IMG/VR virus record: IMGVR_UViG_3300027851_001140
Span: 1 to 64,000 of that record
DNA from: a virus
Length of the DNA: 64,000 bases
Reading direction: 5' to 3' (one strand)
Below are positions 1 to 10,492 of the stretch, one piece after another. The notes beneath the pieces were generated by a model, which saw nothing but the letters and a program-made list of their open reading frames with translations, was not told the DNA's origin and did no database searches. Each line of letters starts with the position of its first letter. The stretch's first letter is position 1. Made by a program: the position numbers and the translations under genes.

Positions 1-1077
1 TCCTACATTATTCTCTGTAAGGGGGATGTTAGGAAGCGGGCGTCGTTCTGATTCGTAAGAAGGGAACGCCCTCAGGTAGACTTGGTCCGACCTTCCGTCT
101 TCTAAGATGTCTGGTATTCCCACGTCTACGGTTACTTGATAGGTTATCCTCCCATCAGGAAGAGAGCCTACAGAAAGAGATTCTGCCACAGAATACTCAA
201 AGAACCTATAGTTTATTACATCTCCGGTGTAAATAGGGAATTCGCTGTGAACCACAAAAGTATTAACAGTTGACAACTGCGCCCACGTAAGCACTCCTCC
301 CAAAATGGGTGAAGGAAGGGCAAATGGATCTGATATGATATCAAGCCCAGAGGTGGAAGTGCACACCCAGGAACTTCTGGAATAAGTAGTACCACCTAGC
401 ACAAATACCTGTGCGCGAGAAGCCGCTGAACCACCACGGAAATCAGACGGCCGACTCCAAGAAAATACAGAAACCTCCCATATACCGTTCTCAGTGGGGT
501 CTGTTTGATTTATCAGTAAGACCCTCTCTCCAGAGACAAGAGAAACTCCATCAATAATAGGCTCCCCGGAGAGAACTTGATTGGTGTCTGAAACCGCAGA
601 CACAGACCCTCTTGGAGACAAATTACGTACAAAATCATCTGAGATAGGAGTGGAGGAAGGAGTGGGAGTGTACGTCCCATTAAGTTCAAGAGGATGTCCG
701 TACAGGTCTACTGTTGTTCCTGCAGGATATCCAGTGATAAGTGGCTCCACCAAAGAAAGAACGTTTCCAGATTCAAGAATGTCGTCAATAGAAGTAAAAA
801 ATCTACCATCTACAAGAATCTTACTTCCTATGCGGAACCACGGAAGTGGAGAAGATAAAGCCAAACGGGAAGAAGTTGCAGATGCTCCTGTGGAAAGAGT
901 GGTCTGGTTATCTGGAAGCCAAATAGGAAGTGGTGAACCTACCTTACGCGCAAAGCGCAAGGTTCCAGATAAAAAGGGGTCAAGAGGATGAGCAATTCCC
1001 CTGACCTTTATAAAGGCGGAATTATAAGAGGGAAGCTTTCCGTTCACCAACTGAAAAAGATCTCTAACTCTTCCCAT
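1..1077 (-). CDS. Tail fibre/virion structural protein (3' truncated at window edge; absent from ORF track)
   Basis: ATG at 1077 overlaps the TGA of the upstream gene. Hand translation to about 480 (MGRVRDLFQLVNGKLP...) is open and includes LSGEPIIDGVSLVSGERVLLINQTDPTENGI, a common phage fibre motif. Confidence 0.7.
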   Translation of the reverse strand, partial: MGRVRDLFQLVNGKLPSYNSAFIKVRGIAHPLDPFLSGTLRFARKVGSPLPIWLPDNQTTLSTGASATSSRLALSSPLPWFRIGSKILVDGRFFTSIDDILESGNVLSLVEPLITGYPAGTTVDLYGHPLELNGTYTPTPSSTPISDDFVRNLSPRGSVSAVSDTNQVLSGEPIIDGVSLVSGERVLLINQTDPTENGIWEVSVFSWSRPSDFRGGSAASRAQVFVLGGTTYSRSSWVCTSTSGLDIISDPFALPSPILGGVLTWAQLSTVNTFVVHSEFPIYTGDVINYRFFEYSVAESLSVGSLPDGRITYQVTVDVGIPDILEDGRSDQVYLRAFPSYESERRPLPNIPLTENNVG

Positions 1078-1856
1078 CAGCAATACTCCGAATCAAAGGG
1101 AAGGGCCAAAGACCTTAGAGCATGAGCAGCACGTAAATACTTACCAGGCAGGTATAACGACCCTACACGGTAATGGGCCTCCCTGTTTCGTGCATCTGTG
1201 GGGTCTGCGGTGTCCGAATCTTCAGTAGTGGTTGGAGCCAGGTCCAGATCAGGAGGAAGCTCTTCTGTAGGCGAAAATTCAGGAACTACAGGTACATCTT
1301 GTATGTCATCTTCTTCAACCGCCCTCTCCTCTGGGGACTCTCCTGACCAGGAGGAAAGAGCTACTGGAAGAACAGCATATATGTGCTTACACAAGGTACC
1401 TATTCCTCTAGGGTTCGTAAATCTAGCAGGCTGTCCGTTGCTGTATATGATGTCGGAGCTTCCATATCGAGTCAACGCCCACTCACACACATACCTAAAG
1501 TAGTTACAGGAACAACTAACCCACACAGGATTGGTGACAGAGGGTCTTCCTGGAAGTAATTCTTCTGATCGTATTCCAGGCGAGGGCAATCCAGGCCAGC
1601 ATAGAATGACTTTCTTTGGAGTTCCGGACCGTGTGGGTTTTCCTGGATAGGAGACGGAGCACTGAACCCTATAGAACTGTCTGTACACGGGCCCTAACGA
1701 TGACAACCTACGATATTGAGATGGGGCTTGCCAATCGGAGGGCTCACCTATAGCGGATATGCTACGGCATCCATCGCTGTACCCAACGATGTTAGGGGCA
1801 GTATTGGCCATGAGTACGCGAGGAGAAAGAGGCCGTAAATTTCCGCGAGAAGGCAT
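1077..1856 (-). CDS. SWIM-type zinc-finger protein
   Basis: VWVSCSCNYF...TNPRGIGTLCKH fits CxC-x(n)-CxH; acidic C-terminal region; AGGAG upstream. Confidence 0.7.
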   Translation of the reverse strand: MPSRGNLRPLSPRVLMANTAPNIVGYSDGCRSISAIGEPSDWQAPSQYRRLSSLGPVYRQFYRVQCSVSYPGKPTRSGTPKKVILCWPGLPSPGIRSEELLPGRPSVTNPVWVSCSCNYFRYVCEWALTRYGSSDIIYSNGQPARFTNPRGIGTLCKHIYAVLPVALSSWSGESPEERAVEEDDIQDVPVVPEFSPTEELPPDLDLAPTTTEDSDTADPTDARNREAHYRVGSLYLPGKYLRAAHALRSLALPFDSEYC

Positions 1857-1895
1857 CGATGATAGAATAACTCCTAAAAAGTAACACTTATTTTG

Positions 1896-2201
1896 TTACT
1901 CTCCCTCCGCAAGTTTCTCTATCCAGATAAGAAGATTGTCGAGGAATCCAGATATCGTGATCCCGGCCAAGGAATAAATGAGCAAGGAACAAACGGTGTC
2001 AGAAGAAAATTCCACAAATCCATTAGCAAGAAAATACACCATCCATCCAGAGTGAAACCCTATGCAGTAAGGACAAGAAAATAACTTACGGAAAAACCTA
2101 GTTCTCTCAGATAGAAAATTCCTTGGCGCAGATAGTAAGTAGGACTCCTTGATCAAAAAAGTTAGTCCGTACATGGCCAACAATGAGATAAAATCCTTCA
2201 C
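1896..2201 (-). CDS. DUF1360-like small membrane protein
   Basis: Hydrophobic segments around LFSCPYCIGFHSGW (CPxC..W). Confidence 0.6.
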   Translation of the reverse strand: MKDFISLLAMYGLTFLIKESYLLSAPRNFLSERTRFFRKLFSCPYCIGFHSGWMVYFLANGFVEFSSDTVCSLLIYSLAGITISGFLDNLLIWIEKLAEGE

Positions 2202-2587
2202 TTGGACCTTTTCCTAGGAGATTTTGATGGGGACCCATTTTTTGAAGTGCGCTTTTCCGGAACTCCGTTCCTTACAAAACACCCTTCAATTGTGTTCAGT
2301 GTCCATCCAGATTTAGAAAGATCCACATCATAGGACTCGGTAAGGTACTTTCCTAGTGCATTAAGCTCGTCAGTTTTACCTGAGATAGACTCCTTAATCA
2401 TCTTTTGTTCCTGTATATGACGGGACTCCAGGACGGAGAACTGCTCCTTTAGAGCATCAAGGTTCAGCACCGATTGCCCTAACTTTGATTTTAGACTTTC
2501 CAAATCTGCCATTATAGAATGGATTTTAGATTTATCAGTAGATTTTAGTGCTATTCTCTCTAGCTCTATTGTGTTGTCCGCAGTCAT
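2198..2587 (-). CDS. Hypothetical coiled-coil protein
   Basis: Heptad-rich core, basic tail, AGGTG upstream. Confidence 0.6.
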   Translation of the reverse strand: MTADNTIELERIALKSTDKSKIHSIMADLESLKSKLGQSVLNLDALKEQFSVLESRHIQEQKMIKESISGKTDELNALGKYLTESYDVDLSKSGWTLNTIEGCFVRNGVPEKRTSKNGSPSKSPRKRSK

Positions 2588-2615
2588 AAATCACCTTGTA
2601 ACATAATTTACAAAC

Positions 2616-4121
2616 TTATACCACCCCTACACGAAGAAGACCCCAGACTGTAGTAGCTCCAGCTCCATCATGACCGATGTGAAACTGAGTTCCTGTGTAA
2701 GGAGCTAGACTGGCAGTGCCTCCAACAAAGTAGCTTGCATCTTCGTATTGCCCATTTACGAACAGACGAACGAACTGATTGTCCCAATCGATCTCAAGTC
2801 GAATAGTATCACCTGCGGTGAAGCCACTAGTAATAAATGCAGAAGAGAACTGAACCTCTGCAATAGCAGTACCATCAGTGACTATGATGCGAGCTACACC
2901 GCCATCCTGGTTCATGACGACACCACGAGAGGCGGTAGCATCGTCCAACATGAAGATGCACTGAAGTCCGTCTATAACAGCTTGCTCGTCATGCTCAGGG
3001 ACGTATTCGAAGATCAGCTTGTTTGAAGTCCAGGCGGCAGGAAGATTGATTGCTAGCTGGTCTTCTTGTCTGGTAACGGCTACTCCTGTAGTAGGAATGT
3101 ATGAGGTTGGGAAAGCCCCAGACTCCAACTGAAACCCATAGTAAACCGCATCTCTGTCGCCAGCAGGAAGACCACCTGTGAGACTACGATTGCCTGCATC
3201 GCCAGCTCTGTGTTGGTTGTTAGCATTGGGTGTGGTTACGAAACCCACACGAATCCAGTCAGGACCTACAGTACCTCCCACAGCTTGCTCAGGATTTATT
3301 GCTGTGAATTGATACACACCAGTACCAGGGCCTTGACGTACAAAGGCGGAATGTGCAGTAGGAACCATTGGAGGACTCACAATAGTGGTAAGATACATGT
3401 TATTTCCACTAGGTGATTCCACTCTAGCAGCGGATGTGCCACCAAAAGGATCTGCCTGACTTCCAGTTAGTGTAGCAGTGCCAGCGGGCCCCCATCCAGC
3501 TTCAGCAGGGCTAAGTGACCTAAGCACCAAGTTAGTTCTGGCACCCTCAAGCAGATACCAGTAGTCAGATGCAACACCTACTTTAGCTGAAACATCTCGC
3601 AGAACGCCAGAAGAGTATGAACTCAGATTACCAGCAGGAATACCTACTTCGGGTGCACCATCAGTCGCAGCACTCGTACGAGCAAAGGTATAGCCAGCTT
3701 GAGCTGTAAGATCTTGCCACTCAACTGCCGCTTCACGTTCACGACGAAACTCTAGGTGCACTCCATGAAGATTTAGAGTGTTGACACTCTCGCAGATCAT
3801 GCGAATACCATAGTATCCGTCCTGCGGTACGAAGCCAGTGTCCGTGAAGGCTGTAGGTGTTGTTGTAGCAGCCACGTCAATCACAGCTACTATGAAGCCT
3901 GTCTGCGACTCGTACAACTCAACACGACCTGGGTCATCTACGAGATTAGCCCACGACAACAAAGCAGTGAAACTTATAGGACCCTTCGGTAGCCACAAAA
4001 AGGCGCCGATCTCCCCATCAGGGCTAGTACCAGTAGCAGAGCGACCAATGTGCAGCGTGTGCTCGAATCCGAAAGATCGAGTAGAGCCATCTTGAGTTAA
4101 GTTGTTGTATGGGTAGGTCAT
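2616..4121 (-). CDS. Virion fibre/spike protein with LamG/ConA-like domain
   Basis: YTFARTS...LLEGARTN...QLESGAFPTSYIPTTG motifs typical of phage head/tail fibre domains; paralog of 4125..5495. Confidence 0.65.
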   Translation of the reverse strand: MTYPYNNLTQDGSTRSFGFEHTLHIGRSATGTSPDGEIGAFLWLPKGPISFTALLSWANLVDDPGRVELYESQTGFIVAVIDVAATTTPTAFTDTGFVPQDGYYGIRMICESVNTLNLHGVHLEFRREREAAVEWQDLTAQAGYTFARTSAATDGAPEVGIPAGNLSSYSSGVLRDVSAKVGVASDYWYLLEGARTNLVLRSLSPAEAGWGPAGTATLTGSQADPFGGTSAARVESPSGNNMYLTTIVSPPMVPTAHSAFVRQGPGTGVYQFTAINPEQAVGGTVGPDWIRVGFVTTPNANNQHRAGDAGNRSLTGGLPAGDRDAVYYGFQLESGAFPTSYIPTTGVAVTRQEDQLAINLPAAWTSNKLIFEYVPEHDEQAVIDGLQCIFMLDDATASRGVVMNQDGGVARIIVTDGTAIAEVQFSSAFITSGFTAGDTIRLEIDWDNQFVRLFVNGQYEDASYFVGGTASLAPYTGTQFHIGHDGAGATTVWGLLRVGVV

Positions 4122-4124
4122 ACG

Positions 4125-5495
4125 TTACCCCTCGCTAATGATAAAGATGCCACCAAAACCAGGGAGAGGTAAGCGACCTATGGACAAGGCACCAAAGACA
4201 TGCTCCTCTCCAGCGTTGTGGCCTATGTTCGCTGTTACAGGTGACGCGTAGTTCCAGATGCCAGTGAACGCTGTGGTGTCTACCAAAACTGTGTCAACAT
4301 ACACACGAATCTGTTCATTAGCCCAATCCAGCTCCACCCTTACTTCGTCTCCTGCGTTATAGGTCAGTCCAGCCGTCAGAAAGGGTCCGTCGTTTGTGAC
4401 CATCTGAACTTTGCTCGCGCCTGTATCTACCACGATAGAGATGGAGTACACACCAGCCCGCAGCAAAGTCAAAGTCGAACCATGAGCTACGTGTTGAGCA
4501 CTGCTATGCTCAGGTCGATAGTAGAATACCAGCGTGCCAGCACCCCACGCGTTCTGCAAGGCGCAGCTCAATACGTCGGCAGCACGTGTTGTGGGTGTGT
4601 TTGATGTGCCTACGTCAATGTAACTACTTGGGAACTGTGCTTGCTCGATCTGGTTGAACGCCTGCGCGTAGTGGCGTTCGTCTGCGTCACCATTACGAGT
4701 TCGAATCGTAGTACTACCAACTCCTATAGCTGAATCAAGTACCTGCTGAAATCTTTGCCATTCTAGAGGAAGATTGATGTTGATCGTGGAGACCGTAGCG
4801 TCCCGACGAATCCAATCAAAGAATACAGCAGGATCTGTCGCGAGGAACTCCGCCTTGACGAAAGCTGATACAGCGTAGGTGGTGGAGTCAGTAGTATCTG
4901 CATTCTGAGTGATGACCTGCGTACGTGCGTTCGACACTGTCATCTGATAGAGTGAGATATTGGCATCACCACTCGGGCCTGTATACGTGGTCGAAATAGT
5001 GCTAGTCGAGGCCACAGCGCTCGAATTTCGGCTCAGCGTAGTGAATGAGATGTTTGTTCTTGCCCCTTCCAGCAGGTATGTTGGCTGGTCCGTCAATCCC
5101 AGCTTCGAGCTTACCTCACGTAGCTCACCTGAGGCGTAGAAGCTCACATTGTGTGCTGGAAGGCCAGTCTCCGGAGCACCATCAGACGCAACAGTGGCTC
5201 TTGTGAAAGAGTAGTTAGGCTGGATCGTCATGTCGATCCACTGCGTAGCATCGTACAGAGTCACAGGCGCTGAAGATACTGTTACGCCATTAGTGGTGAC
5301 CTCACAGCGAACCACAACACCGGCCTGAGCTTCTGCATAATCGTAGGCCAGAAGACGAGCAGTCTCAGAGACCTGCAGCACATCATCGAAGTACCACTGG
5401 TAGGTGCGTGTGATTGGTGCTGCAACTGTGACCAAGCCGTCAGAGCAATATACGAGACGACGAAATGGATCGTGATATAGCGTAGGCAGTACCAT
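4125..5495 (-). CDS. Virion fibre/spike protein with Ig-like and LamG-like domains
   Basis: Start moved to ATG 5495 (TAATG overlap). TYQWY..VVVRCEVT Ig-like segment; LLEGARTN and QIEQAQFPSSYI motifs. Confidence 0.65.
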   Translation of the reverse strand: MVLPTLYHDPFRRLVYCSDGLVTVAAPITRTYQWYFDDVLQVSETARLLAYDYAEAQAGVVVRCEVTTNGVTVSSAPVTLYDATQWIDMTIQPNYSFTRATVASDGAPETGLPAHNVSFYASGELREVSSKLGLTDQPTYLLEGARTNISFTTLSRNSSAVASTSTISTTYTGPSGDANISLYQMTVSNARTQVITQNADTTDSTTYAVSAFVKAEFLATDPAVFFDWIRRDATVSTININLPLEWQRFQQVLDSAIGVGSTTIRTRNGDADERHYAQAFNQIEQAQFPSSYIDVGTSNTPTTRAADVLSCALQNAWGAGTLVFYYRPEHSSAQHVAHGSTLTLLRAGVYSISIVVDTGASKVQMVTNDGPFLTAGLTYNAGDEVRVELDWANEQIRVYVDTVLVDTTAFTGIWNYASPVTANIGHNAGEEHVFGALSIGRLPLPGFGGIFIISEG

Positions 5496-5899
5496 TATAG
5501 CACTCCTCCGACGGCAAAGAGGATTCCACGAATGTAGAGCTGGTCTCCAGTTGATGGAGCTGTGACGTAAACCGTATACCAATCACCTCCTGGCGGAACA
5601 GTGAAGTCAGTATCAAGCGTTACGTACCACTCTGTGCTTGGTACATTGTCCAATGTACGAGACGCGTGTGTAGTAAGCCCGTCGAGTGACCTAAGCTCTA
5701 CATCGTAGATTGAGGCATCACCTAAGCAATGGTAGTGAATCGGAGTATTAGCTCCTTGTAGCTCACCACCAGGTAGGAAGATTGTTGCAATCTGCTGACT
5801 GAGCGTATCTCCTGAATACGCAGCTTGGCAGTTGCAGTGAATCAGACGCGCATCCTGCTGCAATCCTGACTTGATTGATATGGTGCGAGCATCAGACAT
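5495..5899 (-). CDS. Small beta-rich virion/fibre accessory protein
   Basis: ATG 5899 in a TGATG overlap; lies within the fibre cluster. Confidence 0.5.
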   Translation of the reverse strand: MSDARTISIKSGLQQDARLIHCNCQAAYSGDTLSQQIATIFLPGGELQGANTPIHYHCLGDASIYDVELRSLDGLTTHASRTLDNVPSTEWYVTLDTDFTVPPGGDWYTVYVTAPSTGDQLYIRGILFAVGGVL

Positions 5900-7338
5900 C
5901 AGCAAGATACTCCTGTGAGGTAGGTGAGCAGCGCGCGAAGGTGGGTACGCTGATCCGCGGTAAGTGCAGGTCCAAGATGGGCAGCATGTACGACTATGTT
6001 TGCAGCAACGGTACCGTAAGGGCCAGTAGCAGAAGTTTGGGAGGCGCCCATAATAGCATACTGACCATCTGCGCGGCCAGATACGCTACCTGATCCTGTG
6101 GCTACAACCACTCCAGCTACGCGAGCATTGACTGTACTCGTGCCCTGAATAGCTTCACCAGAATAATGAGCTAGTACTCCATCAGGGTCGTAGGTAGCGC
6201 TTGGAGTTGCGTTTGCCGCCCCTGAGGATGTGAATCTAAACCTTGTAGAATCCTGATCACTGAGGTAGAAGATGGCAGTGTTCGGCACCCAGTACCCAAA
6301 CCATACATCACCTAAAGTGCCAAAGGCGACACGCTGACCGACAATACCCGTCTCTTGGTCGGTGAATCCACTTCCTTTGGTGAACGTACCACGCAAGAAA
6401 TCATCAACACCATCAAACGTCAGGATAGGACGTCCATTAACGCCTCCTGTGGAGTATGCAGCACGATGCGTCGGCGCCGGAGCTGCGAGTGTGCAAGAAA
6501 CGCCACCCCACCCCGAAGCCCACTGGTCTACAGTAGTATCACCGTCAGTTAGCGTCATCAGAGAATTGTCTGGATTTGCCCATATTGCAGTGTCGGGCAG
6601 ATACGTAGCGTCAGCAAAAACGACTACATTAGAGACACTAACATCAGACCCTGCGCCGCTATGGGCACGTGCCCTAAAGCTCAAGTCAGGTCCGATGTCA
6701 TTCACTCCCGTATTGTCGCCAGACCATTGAGCTACGTAGGCTTCTGCTGTGGCTTTGTCTACTTCGTTGATAGTAGCATCTTCTATACCGTCACGAAGCA
6801 GCGTCCAGGTAATGTGCGTGAAAGATCCAGTAACTACTGGGTTGGTCAATGTAGGACTGTTGCCGATCTCTACAGTCCATGACACTACCGGAGGCGTGGT
6901 GATTATAGGCAGGGCTCCAGCGCGCACCACTTCGAAGTACCACGTCAGAACACCTGCGCCTGAAGCAGTGTTCGTGAATCGCAGATAGCAAAGCGTATCA
7001 CTTGGAATGTTGACGTTGTTGTCGAATGGTACGTGAAAAACAGTTCCAGGACCATCAATAATCTCTGCTGCTGAGCCACCTACTGTAGCTGTGGCTATGA
7101 CGTTACCGCCAAAGTCGACAAGCTCAGCGGTTCCGATCCAGCTGCCGCTTGTATTCAAGTAAGAGATGTAGGAGCCAGGTCCATGAAAATCTCCAGCAGG
7201 CAGTAGAAATGGGCCTGCATAGTCAACTGTTACATCAGGCGAAGTACCCAACAGCTGAATGCAAGACCCGGTAATGATAGCTGGAGCTATCACCTTTCCT
7301 GTATGCTCTTGATTTAGAGCTAACGGAAAGCCGATCAC
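5899..7338 (-). CDS. Virion protein with Ig-like and LamG-like domains
   Basis: GGVNGRPILTFDGVDDFL and LTADQRTHLRALL are LamG-type signatures. Confidence 0.6.
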   Translation of the reverse strand: MIGFPLALNQEHTGKVIAPAIITGSCIQLLGTSPDVTVDYAGPFLLPAGDFHGPGSYISYLNTSGSWIGTAELVDFGGNVIATATVGGSAAEIIDGPGTVFHVPFDNNVNIPSDTLCYLRFTNTASGAGVLTWYFEVVRAGALPIITTPPVVSWTVEIGNSPTLTNPVVTGSFTHITWTLLRDGIEDATINEVDKATAEAYVAQWSGDNTGVNDIGPDLSFRARAHSGAGSDVSVSNVVVFADATYLPDTAIWANPDNSLMTLTDGDTTVDQWASGWGGVSCTLAAPAPTHRAAYSTGGVNGRPILTFDGVDDFLRGTFTKGSGFTDQETGIVGQRVAFGTLGDVWFGYWVPNTAIFYLSDQDSTRFRFTSSGAANATPSATYDPDGVLAHYSGEAIQGTSTVNARVAGVVVATGSGSVSGRADGQYAIMGASQTSATGPYGTVAANIVVHAAHLGPALTADQRTHLRALLTYLTGVSC

Positions 7339-10088
7339 GGGATCACTATCCCTTCCTGAATTCTGAGTAATATTTGAGTAGCTGAGATGGCAAAGCCAAG
7401 CTCAATGACCAAGTCACCACTACCAACAGGGGCAGTGCTAGTCAAGCCCCCAGCAACGGTGTCAAGATAGTAGCGCGTCCCAGCAGTTAAACCGGACAGG
7501 CCGCCCACAATGCCAGATGTCTGTACAATGACTGGATTGCCTATGGTATTGCTTGTCAACGCAATACCTGCAACGAACTGATCACCATTATCGGCATCGG
7601 CCAGGTCAACAGTGCCCGACCCGTTGACAATAACTACCTGACCTGCCGTGATTGTAGCGGCTGCATTAAGGGTGAATCGATCGCTAGATCCTGTTTTTAA
7701 TTCATTCAACGCACCAATAATAGAAGACGCCGCGAAAGACCCATCCAAATCTGTATCACCAGGCTCATTTAGGAATATGGGTGAAGCCATCGAATTGGCA
7801 GAGAACACTATATCCGACGTCAGGCCATCAACAGTAACACCCGTAGATTCCAAGGTGAGGCCACCAGACGCGGTAGTAAGAATTTGCCCTGCTCTAAAGG
7901 TTAGTGTGCCATCTGCAAAACGGTAGGATGCCTGTCCACCACATGCAAAACCAATGGTATTGGTTGTGAACTGATACACGCCAGTATCAGTATCAGAGGT
8001 AAAAGTAAAGGTAGGTGTGCCACTGCCTCCAAGTGTGCCCTGAAAGGAGGAGTTTGACGCAGATCGAAAAAGACCATCGGCTGATACAAGAGACGAGCTA
8101 ATGGACATTCGGCTAGTGCCAGATATGGATATTCCTATATTTCCTGGGGCGGGCCTATTGAAACCAGTCCCTGTATCTCCTGCAAAGGAATAAGCGGGAG
8201 TAGCTGTTGGGGCTCCAGCAACAGCCAAAACCTGACCCGTGAAAGCACGGGAGCCATTAACAAGTATGTATTGAGTATGATCGTCATCAGCCAAGCCTGA
8301 CAGGGCACCGTGGTCGGTAATACCGGGAGAAGCCTTTAACTCATTTAGGGCACCAATAATGGATGTTGAAGTGAAGCCAACAAGGTTAGTATCCACTACA
8401 TCATTGAACGGAATAGGAGCGATGTTTCCATTTGCCTGGAATGTGAGATCAGTCTGAGCTAGAAGAATAATATTTTGAGTTGTCTCAAGTGCTCCTATTT
8501 GTACATTACCATAATTTCCAGCGCCTCCGTTGGCGTCTCCTCCATCAATAGCAATAGTACCACCGAGACCACTAAATCCCTGGCCAAAACCACCAACAAT
8601 GGCAACGTTTCCTCCGTCAGGGGCACCCGCAGACAACACGTTACCAGCGTCACCGCCACGAATGTTAACGACACCACCAAAACCTGGCGGGGCACTACCT
8701 GCTCCAGCACCTCCAGTTCCGCCAATGATTGACACGGTACCACCAGCGGTGCCTGCAGAGACTACTACAGCAGGAGCACCAGTACCGCCCTGAATAGATA
8801 CTTCTCCAGCAGTGCCTGGTCCATCAACACCCGCCGAACCACCTGCATTTCCAGCAGAGATTTGAACGTTGCCTCCGTTACCCTCTGATGCAGCAGAAGC
8901 TCCATTGATGATGACACTGCCTCCGTTTCCGGTTCTGCCTCCGTCATTTGTGCCAGGTGCACCGCCCTCTATAGTTACAGTACCTCCATTACCTACAAAG
9001 TTAGAGGTAAAACCGTAACCGCCCTGTCCAGCAACAATGATTACGGACCCACCCGTACCACAGGGTAAGAACTCTGAACCAGAGCCACTCCCAGCAGCAA
9101 TGGTGATGAGGCCCCCTGTGTTGACGCTGCTTCCGGATAAGTCATTACCTGCGCTTCCAGAGAAGATGTCGACATTACCTCCTCCAGCGGGAGATCCAGC
9201 ACCACCATCGTCTCCTCCGTCCCCAGAAGACAAAACTACGGGTCCACCTTGGCCTGCTAGGTTGCCGTTACCTCCAGCCCCAGCGTAAAGATATACACCA
9301 CCACCAGATCCGCCATTAGAAACGTTCTGGAGACCTCCATCATTGGCCACTATTTGAATATTAGACCCATTGATGTCGTCTGCTGCCTGAACGCCTGAGC
9401 CGCTATTTATAGTGAGAGCCTCTGACCCTTGAAAAATGAAGGTAGGTGCTATACCGCTAACAGGGCTGCTGGTATTTATATTAACGCCATTGGCAGCAGC
9501 GATAGTAACAATATCGCTGTCACCGCCTGCGAGATCGGTATCAACGAAGGTATCACCATCCCCGTCTTCTATTCTTGATCCTCCACCGCCACCGGAACCA
9601 AGCTGTGTCCAAGAAGTTGCGCCAGCAGCCGTCTTTATCCAAGCAGTGCCGTTAGTTTGGAGAAGAAGGGACCCAGCAGGAGGATTGATGCTTCCGTTGG
9701 TGCCGCTGACAGTGGGGTTGGAACCGCTTCCGATCAGAATTCGTACAGACCCGTCCACCCCGTACGTAGGAGCACCTTGCGGGTCTAATAGGATGCCACT
9801 GGAATAAGAAAGGTTTGTACCGTTTATCCAGTCACCAAAGGAGGCAAGTGTACCATCCCCAAGAACAGAAAAAACTGTACTGGACCCGTCCGATACTGAT
9901 AGAGCAGAAGAAGATGACGGTACAGGAGAAAGAGGAATAACAGATAGAGGAGACGATACTCCCCCCGACACTGCAATCGTGTCTATCAAAAGCCTGTCAG
10001 TGGAGGGGTCAGCTTGAGATTGAACCCTATTTACGGGTCCTAATCCAGTTCCCTCAAAGTTTACTCCAACAAACTTTAGATCCGCCAT
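7335..10088 (-). CDS. Glycine-rich modular tail/head fibre protein
   Basis: Many GGxVxIxGG repeats, a DHGALSGLADDDHTQY module, duplicated SIIGALNELK, C-terminal GLTAGTRYYL module. Confidence 0.7.
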   Translation of the reverse strand: MADLKFVGVNFEGTGLGPVNRVQSQADPSTDRLLIDTIAVSGGVSSPLSVIPLSPVPSSSSALSVSDGSSTVFSVLGDGTLASFGDWINGTNLSYSSGILLDPQGAPTYGVDGSVRILIGSGSNPTVSGTNGSINPPAGSLLLQTNGTAWIKTAAGATSWTQLGSGGGGGSRIEDGDGDTFVDTDLAGGDSDIVTIAAANGVNINTSSPVSGIAPTFIFQGSEALTINSGSGVQAADDINGSNIQIVANDGGLQNVSNGGSGGGVYLYAGAGGNGNLAGQGGPVVLSSGDGGDDGGAGSPAGGGNVDIFSGSAGNDLSGSSVNTGGLITIAAGSGSGSEFLPCGTGGSVIIVAGQGGYGFTSNFVGNGGTVTIEGGAPGTNDGGRTGNGGSVIINGASAASEGNGGNVQISAGNAGGSAGVDGPGTAGEVSIQGGTGAPAVVVSAGTAGGTVSIIGGTGGAGAGSAPPGFGGVVNIRGGDAGNVLSAGAPDGGNVAIVGGFGQGFSGLGGTIAIDGGDANGGAGNYGNVQIGALETTQNIILLAQTDLTFQANGNIAPIPFNDVVDTNLVGFTSTSIIGALNELKASPGITDHGALSGLADDDHTQYILVNGSRAFTGQVLAVAGAPTATPAYSFAGDTGTGFNRPAPGNIGISISGTSRMSISSSLVSADGLFRSASNSSFQGTLGGSGTPTFTFTSDTDTGVYQFTTNTIGFACGGQASYRFADGTLTFRAGQILTTASGGLTLESTGVTVDGLTSDIVFSANSMASPIFLNEPGDTDLDGSFAASSIIGALNELKTGSSDRFTLNAAATITAGQVVIVNGSGTVDLADADNGDQFVAGIALTSNTIGNPVIVQTSGIVGGLSGLTAGTRYYLDTVAGGLTSTAPVGSGDLVIELGFAISATQILLRIQEGIVIP

Positions 10089-10100
10089 GCCTGTAGATAA
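10089..10100 (-). promoter_or_regulatory. Candidate phage late -10 element TTATCT (leaderless geometry)
   Basis: TTATCT-N6-ATG with no SD; related hexamers recur upstream of many virion genes. Confidence 0.45.
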
Positions 10101-10105
10101 GACAA

Positions 10106-10492
10106 TTAGGAAGAGAGTCCTACCGCCAGAGAAACTGATATTATGCCAAGAAGAAAACCAACTCCAAGCATGAATACATTTCCATGCTTATCCCACCAAC
10201 TAACTTTCGACAATTCTCTAATTCTATCCCTCTGGTCCTCAATGAATGTGTCTCGAAGAGATGAACTTAGAGTCAGCTCTTGAGTTCTGGCAGCAAGTTC
10301 TACTGTCAATCTCTCTACCGAAGCAGAATCCTCCACGCACTGAATAGCGTGTTCTTCTGTGATGAGAAGCCCTGAAAAGGGAGCAGGCCTACCTTCTAGT
10401 AACGGAACTGACAACCGAAATGGCTGAGCCAAAACAGATGAAGGAAACATAAGTATCGCAAGGATAATTATGGCAATTGTTTTTATGGTCAT
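10106..10492 (-). CDS. Exported coiled-coil protein with C-terminal TM helix (spanin/lysis accessory candidate)
   Basis: N-terminal signal-like helix, coiled coil, C-terminal hydrophobic helix; ATGA overlap gives start 10492. Confidence 0.45.
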   Translation of the reverse strand: MTIKTIAIIILAILMFPSSVLAQPFRLSVPLLEGRPAPFSGLLITEEHAIQCVEDSASVERLTVELAARTQELTLSSSLRDTFIEDQRDRIRELSKVSWWDKHGNVFMLGVGFLLGIISVSLAVGLSS

